NCBI RefSeq assembly: GCF_009914755.1
Contig: NC_060930.1
DNA length: 64,000 bases
Reading direction: 5' to 3' (one strand)
DNA from: the human T2T-CHM13v2.0 reference genome, Homo sapiens
Positions 55,913-64,000 of the stretch are shown piece by piece. The notes under the pieces were generated by a model. That model searched no databases. It saw only the letters and a list, made by a program, of their open reading frames with translations, and was not told the origin of the DNA. The number at the start of each line of letters is the position of its first letter. Position 1 is the stretch's first letter. Both the position numbers and the translations under genes were made by a program.

Positions 55913-57887
55913 CCTTGGAGTTTTAACCTAAAGCCTTGTCAGTAGGATCTCTGATAGCTTGGGAATTCCTGAGACTAGGACTTTCCAAAATAGCACCCAT
56001 TTTAGTTTCACTCAAATGCTAGCATTTAAAAGCTGCTAAATCTCCTGGGTTGTCACTCTGGATATGCCATGCGAAATGGCTGGGCTACAAAGTTGGCTGT
56101 TTAGCTGATGTTCCACAATTATCATTTGCTGCCCCACAAACACATTATGCAGTTCATTGCTCAGGAAAATTTTCTCTTTGTTTGAGTTACAGGGATTAAA
56201 CGTATTACCCCTTAATCCCTTTGATGCATCCAGGCCATTTTAAAATTGAATGTTTTTCTATTAACTCTCCTACTGGGAACCAATTCACTGACACTGTAGC
56301 AACAGAGCCAGGCAATCCTGATTAATTACAGAATTTTTGCCCTTCTGCTCCGTGAGTCTCTCTGAAATATCTAATAACAAAAGCACTTAAATAAATCTAT
56401 GGGGTTAATCAATGTTTCATGTAATTTGTAATAAGAAACTTCAAAGCCTTTCAAATAAATAGTGAGAGAGAGATGAGAACTAGCAGATTAAAGAAACAAG
56501 TGTTTAAGAATTCGTATGTATTAAAGGCTCAAGCCATGTCAATTCTCAAACTAACCAAAAAACTAATTCATGTTAGAAAATCAGCACACACTTTGTTTGT
56601 TACAATTCTTGAAATGGAGAACATGAGTTTATAAATTAAATTATACATTCAATTCAGAGGCTGTAATGCTGCTATCAAATTTATGGCCTCCAATTTACAG
56701 AGATCAAGACATAATAAACAATCAGGGAGGGAGGCTCTCTGGTCATCAGATCTGCTTTAAGTAGATGGGTTGGACTGAACATTCTCCATATGGTAACCAC
56801 AGGGATGAATGAGGGCTTCTATTTTTGTTACTGGTGACTGTGAAGAAAGGTATATCAGAAAGACCTGTCTGATGTAGAAAAATGAATATTATACTTCACT
56901 TTTTGTGCCACAGAAAATGGAAGAGATCAGTGCAGGTGAAGATTTAAGCATCTCAATTGTAGATTAGCACGTATTGAGAAATTAATCTGCCCACTGAATA
57001 ATACAAGAAAAAATTGTGACCCCAGAAGAATTAGCATCACAGGAAGATCACAGAATGAAATACATTTTGATTCTGAAAAAAAAAAACTTGCGCAAACTTA
57101 AAATTCACAACCTATTTCAAGATATTTCTCATCGGCAACCTTATAACTATGTAGCATAAAATTTATTTTATACATCAACAAGGATCAGTTTCACTCATGA
57201 TTATTTTTCATTAACTGATTTTCTTACACTCTAATATTGTATTTATTTCCTGAGGCCTATTATGTAGACTTATTCCAAAGAAGAACAACAGTGCTGAGGA
57301 GTTGTTCATAGTTGCTTAAGGACAAAGCACTGTGCTAAATATTGTGGAATTATTATATGGTGCCCCACACACAGAATCCCTGGAAATTAATTTAGACAGG
57401 CAAGAATTGGTTTGATTTTCATGTGTGCAATGAGACAAGCCTTTTTGAAATTTGAAAGATAAAATTCCTTTCAAAGATGCCACTTGTCAGCCTAATAAGA
57501 AAATCATCTGTACTTTTTCCTACATATTTTTCTGAGTATTAAACTTTTTAATCAAGGCCATGTGAGCATTGAAGTATTATAAAGCTCATTTGTTTTACTT
57601 AGGAAAGTCTATTCATCTGGGATATCACACACTATTCACAGTTTTTCCATTTTTATTTTCTAATTAATATTTTCTTCCTCTTTCTATATTTGCTGTTTAC
57701 ATTTTTGTAATTTGACACTAATCATTGCACCAGTATTGTGGGCTCCTATGTCTGCATACGTCATCATGCTGGAGGCTGGAAGAGATACACAGTTGTGAGT
57801 CCAAGTTTTGGCCTTCAAGGTGGCATGCATTCCAGTGAAAGAAAAAGACCCACACACCAGACACAAAAGGGATCATGACCGGGGCCT

Positions 57888-58026
57888 TGCTGCTCAAAAG
57901 GTGTTTCTCAGACCAGCATGCTCCCTTGGAGTTTGTGAGAAATGCAGTCTAAGTCCTATTGAATCAGAAGACGCATGTTAACAAAATCCCCACACAGTTC
58001 ATATTCCCAGTACAATATGAGGATTG
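57888..58026. mobile_element. MER5A-like hAT MITE
   Basis: 'ctcaaaaggtg...agaccagcat...tgtgagaaatgcag...ctattgaatcagaa...gcatgttaacaaaatcccc'. Confidence 0.7.
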
Positions 58027-58454
58027 GGCAATGGGCTTGGTGTGGAAGGGGAACTGAGTATGGAAATAAGAAGCCTAAAAATTCCACACAGTACCGCTGG
58101 CAGAACAATTTGGAGGACATGGTTCACAGTCATTTCCTAGGTATAGTTATATTTGGATTTTGAACCTTACCTGGTCTGAGGACAGTTGAGCAAAGGTACA
58201 TGGATGGGGATCCATCTAAAATAAATAATTTAAAGGCTTGAAGAAATCTCTCAAATTAAAGGATGCTCATTTCTGTTTGTATTCTTGTACATCAGATTTT
58301 TGTAATACAGAATTCTCCTGACATCACTAACTCGTAAGTAAAAATAAGATCAGATTTGCTTTGATATTCAAGTTACATAGATTTCTAGATCCCATATGAT
58401 CAGAGTAGCAACAAATGCAGTTATCCACCAATCCAACCTCCAACACCTTACTTC

Positions 58455-59130
58455 TTTAAAATTTTTTATTGTGGTAAAATACAGATTTTACCTATATTCA
58501 ATGGCATTAAGTACCTTCATATTGTTTCCAATCATCACCACTGCCTATTTCAAGAACTTCATCATCACAAACAGAATCTCTCTTACCCATTAAACAATAA
58601 TTCCCTATTCCGTTCTGCCCCTAGTTCCAGGTAACCACCACTCTACTTTCTGTCCTTATGAATTTGACTACTCTAGGTACCTTACATAAGTGGAATAATA
58701 CAGTATTTGTTCTTTTGTGATAGTTCACATGGCATAATGTCCTTTTGGTTTGTTCATGCTATAGCATGTATCAGAATTTTATTCCTTTTTAAGGCCAAAT
58801 AATATTCCATTGTATGTACATATGACATTTTTTAAACGTTTATTTTAGGTTCAGGGTACATGTGAAGGTTTGTTATAGGTAAACTAGTGTCACAGGGGTT
58901 TGTTGTACAAATTATTTCATCAACCAGGTATTAAGCCCAGAACCACATAGTTATCTTTTCTGCTCCTCTCCTTCCTCCCACCCTCCACCCTAAAGTAAAC
59001 CCCAGTGTTTGCTATTCCCTTCTTTGTGTTCATAAGTTCTCATCATTTACATACCACATTTTTATCCATTAATCTGCTGATGGACATTTGGGTTGTCTGT
59101 AGCTTTTGGCTGTTATGAATAGTGCTGCAT
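58455..59130 (-). mobile_element. L1MB-like 3' end interrupted by an L1PA13-16-like 3' fragment (about 58828-59048)
   Basis: L1MB 3' UTR ('ggtaaccaccactctactttctgtc...gaatttgactactctaggtacc'). The nested piece is flanked by tacatatgacatttt / tacataccacatttt. Confidence 0.8.
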
Positions 59131-60752
59131 AAAACCTTACCTTTTCATGTTACTGAGTGTAAAGCTATTGAGAGCTACCTCTGCATCGTTCTGAAGCTGA
59201 GCAATCTTGGCAGCTTTCACAGAAGCTGTCATCATGTGCATGATGGAGCTATTGGGGGCAGAATGCCCTATTTCACTTCATTTTTGCTGAAGTGCAGATT
59301 GACTGCCAAAACCAAGACAATCTAATCCAAGTTCTACTCACTAGTGTGTTGAAACCTTACCAAGACACAGAATTCCTGTGGGAAGCAGGACATACCCTCC
59401 CCCAGCAGTAAGCTTACACTCAAAATTAGCCCGGCTGCCAAGTGTACAGTGCTGAGTGTTAGCCATTGCCGGTCACTCAGAAGCAGCCACTTCCTCCAAA
59501 GCATGTGGTGGCACCCTAGAAGTGGGTAAGAGGAGATGCCAGTACCACTCTGAACATCCCAGAGCCAGTCGCCACTCTCACAACCCACATCCTGGGTGCA
59601 TTCTACAAAGCTAGTATGGATCCATTTCCCTCCAGCTTTCCTGGACTATTGCTTGGTGACTAATTTCAGAGCAGCTCTTTAGTCTTTTCTTGCCATCTCA
59701 CCTTAATAGAGGTTACTGCCAGTCCTTTGGATGTGTTTTTAAAACTGAAACACAAAGTGGAAGAACTGGGACCTGAAGAGTTTCACCGCACAAGCTCCTG
59801 TGTAGCAAGTACTTTTCCAGAATTTGTATCTTGTAATCTCCAATCTCTTTAGGGCACTGAGTTTCACAGAGGGGTATGGGAACTCTATCCATCCATAGAG
59901 CTGGATCCAGGCCTGGCTCAATTTAGTCTCATTATATGCTCTCCCTGAACTGGAGTATCAGCTTTACATGCAATACATCCAGGTGGTTCTTCTCAGACTA
60001 AAGGAATCTACCCAAAGGAGAATGATCAGCTAGCTCATCTTTGAGGCACCAGAAAGTACAGCTTATTTTAAAAGACTTTCCAGCCTATAAGAGGATTTAA
60101 ATTTGATTTATTCTGAGTATTCTGTTACACATATGTGCACTTATGTTTCTGAGTACTCTGTTGTACATCTGTGCACTTACGGCCCTGATGGGACAAGACC
60201 AGTACAACTCTAATTAAATCAAAGAGTAGCCTCTGAAGGAAAAACTCACCCTGCGGGAAAGGAGAATCAGGCAAATAAACTTGACCCAACTAAACTTCAG
60301 GTATCTGAGGTTCACTCACTTCTTAGCGCTACATGGTGTCTATCTCTTAGGTCTGACATCACACACAAACAGCTAGGTGCTAGGGAGCAGAGGTGTTTTG
60401 AGAAAACCTAGAAGGACTCCCTTCACTCTGTAAAGCAGTGGAGCTTAGAAAATGCTCTGGTGATGCCTATGTGCCAGCCAGTGACACAAAAGTGGCTGTT
60501 GGAGGTGGTGATTACTCCATTTCTGTGAGGAAGATAGCACAGCTTTGGTACCTGGATGACTTAAGCACATTCAGGCCCAAACACACAGGCTGGAGTATCC
60601 AGAGGAAATGTGGGGGCAGAAGTAATGTGTCTGGCAGGGAAGTGGCACTGGTGTATCTTGGAGTGGTTTCAGCATCTGCATAGGTATGGATGTCCCAAAG
60701 AGATGCTGATGTCAACTGACAGAGGCCTTACATTTAGAAAAGGAAGCTTATG

Positions 60753-60778
60753 GTGCTCGCTTCGGCAGCACATATACT
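60753..60778 (+). pseudogene. RNU6: U6 snRNA 5' fragment (nt 1-26), tailless retro-copy
   Basis: GTGCTCGCTTCGGCAGCACATATACT matches the U6 5' end exactly. Flanked by the 16-bp direct repeat gaaaaggaagcttatg (60737-60752, 60780-60795). Confidence 0.93.
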
Positions 60779-61080
60779 GGAAAAGGAAGCTTATGGAGGG
60801 ACCGGAAGGAGGCTATTTCATCCAGCTTTGTTTGACATGACCTTTGCTTAAGGGCACCAGGGCAGGAAAGTAGAAAGTGACATATGCTATAGTGTGTCAT
60901 ATAGGATCTATGTCTAAGCCCTTGTGAGACACTCTGGGGGACTCCTAGGAAAACCTAAAGGGAGACCCTCAATGGGAGTGAGGTTAAATTCTAACTCACA
61001 CTATCCAAAGGCTCCCATTACTTTTACCATGGATTTCCTTGGACTCAGAACACACACGATCCCTTAAAATAATACACATA

Positions 61081-62297
61081 AGAAAGCTGAACCTGGATCC
61101 CTTTCTTACACCTTACACAAAAATCAACTCAAGATGGATTAAAGACTTAAATGTAAGACCTAATACCATAAAAACCCTAGAAGAAAACCTAGGCAATACC
61201 ATTCAGGACATAGGCATGGGCAAAGACTTCATGACTAAAACACCAAAAGCAATGGCAAGAAAAGCCAAAATTGACAAATGGGATACAATTAAACTAAAGA
61301 GCTTCTGCACAGCAAAATAAACTATCATCAGAGTGAACAGGCAACCTACAGATTGGGAGAAAAATTTTGCAATTTATCCATCTGACAAAGGGCTAATATC
61401 CAGAATCTACAAAGAACTTAAACAAATTTACAAGAAAAAAAAACCCCAACAAAAACTGGGCAAAGGATATGAACAGACACTTCTCAAAAGAAGACATTTA
61501 TGCAGGCAAAAAACATATGAAAAAAAGCTCATCATCACTGTCATTAGAGAAATGCAAATCAAAACCACAATGAGGTATCATCTCGTGCCAGTTAGAATGG
61601 CAATCATTAAAAAGCCAGGAAACAACAGATGCTGGAGAGGACATGGAGAAATAGGAACGCTTTTACACTGTTGGTGGGAGTGTAAATTAGTTCAATCATT
61701 GTGGAAGATAGTGTGGTGATTCTTCAAGGATCTAGAACTAGAAATACCATTTAACCCAGCAACCCCATTACTGCATATATACCCAAAGGATTAAAAATCA
61801 TTCTACTATAAAAACACATGCACATGTATGTTTATTGCAGCCCTGTTCATGATAGCAAAGTCTTGGAACCAACCCAAATGCCTATCAATGATAGACTGGA
61901 TAAAGAAAATGTGGCACATATACATCATGGAATACTACACAGCCATAAAAAATGATGAGTTCATGTCCTTTGCAGGGACATGGATGAAACTGGAAACCAT
62001 CATTCTTAGCAAAGTAACACAAGAAGAGAAAACCAAACACAGCATGTTCTCACTCATAAGTGGGAGCTGAACAATGAGAACACATGGACACAGGGAAGGG
62101 AACATCACACACTGGGGCCTGTCAGGGGATGGGGGGCTAGGGGAGGGATAGCATTAGGAGAAATACCTAATGCAAATGATGAGTTGATGGGTGCAGCAAA
62201 CCAACAAGGCACATGTATACTTAGGTAACAAACCTGCATATTGCACATATGTACCCCAGAGCTTAAAGTATAATTTAAAAATAATAATAATAATAAA
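61081..62297 (+). mobile_element. 5'-truncated L1PA6/7-like LINE
   Basis: ORF2 C-terminal ORFs 61039..62070, 3' UTR and (TAA)n tail. TSD aatacacata at 61071-61080 and 62298-62307. Confidence 0.93.
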
Positions 62298-62484
62298 AAT
62301 ACACATATATTCAAATTTAAGAATGCTTCTTTAGGATGAGCAAATGATTAGGTTTTCCCTTCTTACCTCATTTCCTAAATAGGACTTGTTTTTAACTATG
62401 CTGTTTGTTATGTTTTTAAGAGTGAGGAACATTGAACGATTCACTGCTTTGAAATCTTTACTATATCTCCCCATGATGTATAGT

Positions 62485-62705
62485 GGTAGGTCACAACTTC
62501 AAGGACAATGAGGTGGATGGACAGGTAACTATGTGTGAATGTGTGATATGATGGTTACAAGACCACAGACAGTGGCTGGAGAGAGCACTGGCCCTGTCTA
62601 AAGGCATGCTGCTTCATTGAAAACAAAACAAAAACCAAAAACCCTTCACCACACAAAACATGTCCATGGGCCACATTAAGCCAAGAGGCTACCTGGATTG
62701 TCATT
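62485..62705. mobile_element. MER102-like hAT relic
   Basis: 'acaggtaac...ctggagagcactggccctgtctaaagg...aaaacatgtccatgggccac'. Confidence 0.55.
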
Positions 62706-62959
62706 ATATCATTGTTGTAACTCTCACCACATAGATAGTTTACCTCTAGCTCAGGCTGAGATCAACTCTGTCTTTCATGGTTGACATGGATGAAAACGAA
62801 CGGAAGCATATCATAGTATCACTCCAATTATCCTTGGAGCTGGCCAAAAGAAGGGACCCTACTGCTTCATCTTTGTATTCTGTTTACCAGTTCAGTTTGC
62901 AAATAATCAGCATTGTGATCTCATGGGGAAACTATGTCAGATAAAAGAGAATGATAATA

Positions 62960-63150
62960 CCAAACAACTATTGGGAGCTCATTTCTTGCCAGGCCCTGTA
63001 CTAGGAATTTTCCTTATCCTGTTTCATTTACTCTTCCTAACTAACCTATTGCATAAGAACTATCATTATCGCAATTTTATGGATGAGAGAGCTGAACACA
63101 ATAGGTGAAGCAGAAATTTGGTGACTGCAAAGTCTATGATTGTAACCAAA
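62960..63150 (-). mobile_element. MIR
   Basis: 'tattgggagctc...tgccaggccctgtactagg...tttcatttactctt...aattttatggatgagagagctgaacac'. Confidence 0.7.
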
Positions 63151-63909
63151 ATATATATATTTATATAAAGCAAGTGTGAGTCAGTGGTTCAAGGATTGTG
63201 CAATAGGCTAGAAGGAAAGATATTGAATGTAGGTAATATTTAACAGGGAATTACTGTTTCCAACAATAGACCTTAGCAGCATTAGCAAGAGGAAGAGCAG
63301 TGGACCCAGGAGAGCTTGGAGAGGGGCTCAGTGGTGGGAGACTGAGGTTAGGGTTAGGGTTGAAGTGCAATCTGACAGAAGGGTGGGTGGAGACAGTGTT
63401 GAGTCTGAGCTTCTCCTCCCCCACAATTTCTCTTTCTTCATCCCCCCTCTACCCTTCATCTGTCCACTTACACAAATTCCAACTAAGAAGAGATAACCGA
63501 AACTTAGAAAAACACTGTATTTCATATATTTGAAGCATACGTGATTTCTCTCTACATCTCCCACCCTCCCCTTGGGTGTCTGGCCTCTGTTAAGTTAGGA
63601 AAACAGAAAAATGTAAACTTTAGTGATGTGGAGAAAAGGACAGACTCTTCCCCTTCATACCGCACCACAGTTGTATTCTAAGGTCTAGGTTAGGTGTGTT
63701 ACGGATGTTTCTCTCTGAGGGAGGGGCCTGAAGAGATCAGAGACAATGAACTCCAACCCCTACAGAAGCCTTGAGAGGCAGAGCAAAGTGCTCGCTGTTC
63801 TGTCCCTTCTGGTCTCTGGACTCTGTTTAGGAGTCACTTCTAGTACTAATATTTCTGTCAATGAAGAGACTCTCCCCATACTTCCTGATGTCACCCTGTG
63901 ATGGCTAAT

Positions 63910-64000
63910 TGTTTGTTTGTTTGTTTGTTTTAAGATGGAGTCTGACTCTGTCTCCAGGCTGGAGTGCAGTGACATGATCTCGACTCATTGCAACCTCTGC
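63910..64000 (-). mobile_element. Alu (3' end, cut by the window edge)
   Basis: (GTTT)n tail, then 'agatggagtctgactctgtctccaggctggagtgcagtg'. Confidence 0.9.

Noticed and set aside
63345-63361. Telomere-like GGTTAGGGTTAGGGTT
   Set aside because: Only two TTAGGG units, which is expected by chance.

Overview
This is mammalian, primate (probably human or great-ape) non-coding DNA dominated by transposable elements. I found no recognisable host protein-coding gene, tRNA/rRNA gene or CpG island. The long ORFs in the track are decayed L1 ORF1/ORF2, HERV-L gag/pol/dUTPase, Alu read-throughs or chance ORFs. Main contents: a near-complete L1PA7/8-type LINE (1-5090); a two-LTR HERV-L/MLT2A provirus on the minus strand (12368-18878, 5-bp TSD) carrying nested L1PA and THE1 insertions; a long old L1MD (50308-55600); several L1PA/L1M fragments; about nine Alus, including a very young AluYc1-type copy; L2, MIR and L3 relics; DNA transposons (Charlie1, MER2, MER5, MER102); and microsatellites. 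The most notable structures are retrotransposition products: an L1 insertion best read as a twin-primed inversion plus a ~130-bp 3' transduction (45355-46670), which also contains a fold-back hairpin, and a 26-nt tailless U6 retro-copy between 16-bp TSDs (60737-60795). There is also an old ~330-bp local duplication and a homeodomain/TCF motif cluster that could be an enhancer. I see no evidence for a new multi-gene system. Subfamily names are from recalled consensus sequences, not from a RepeatMasker run.
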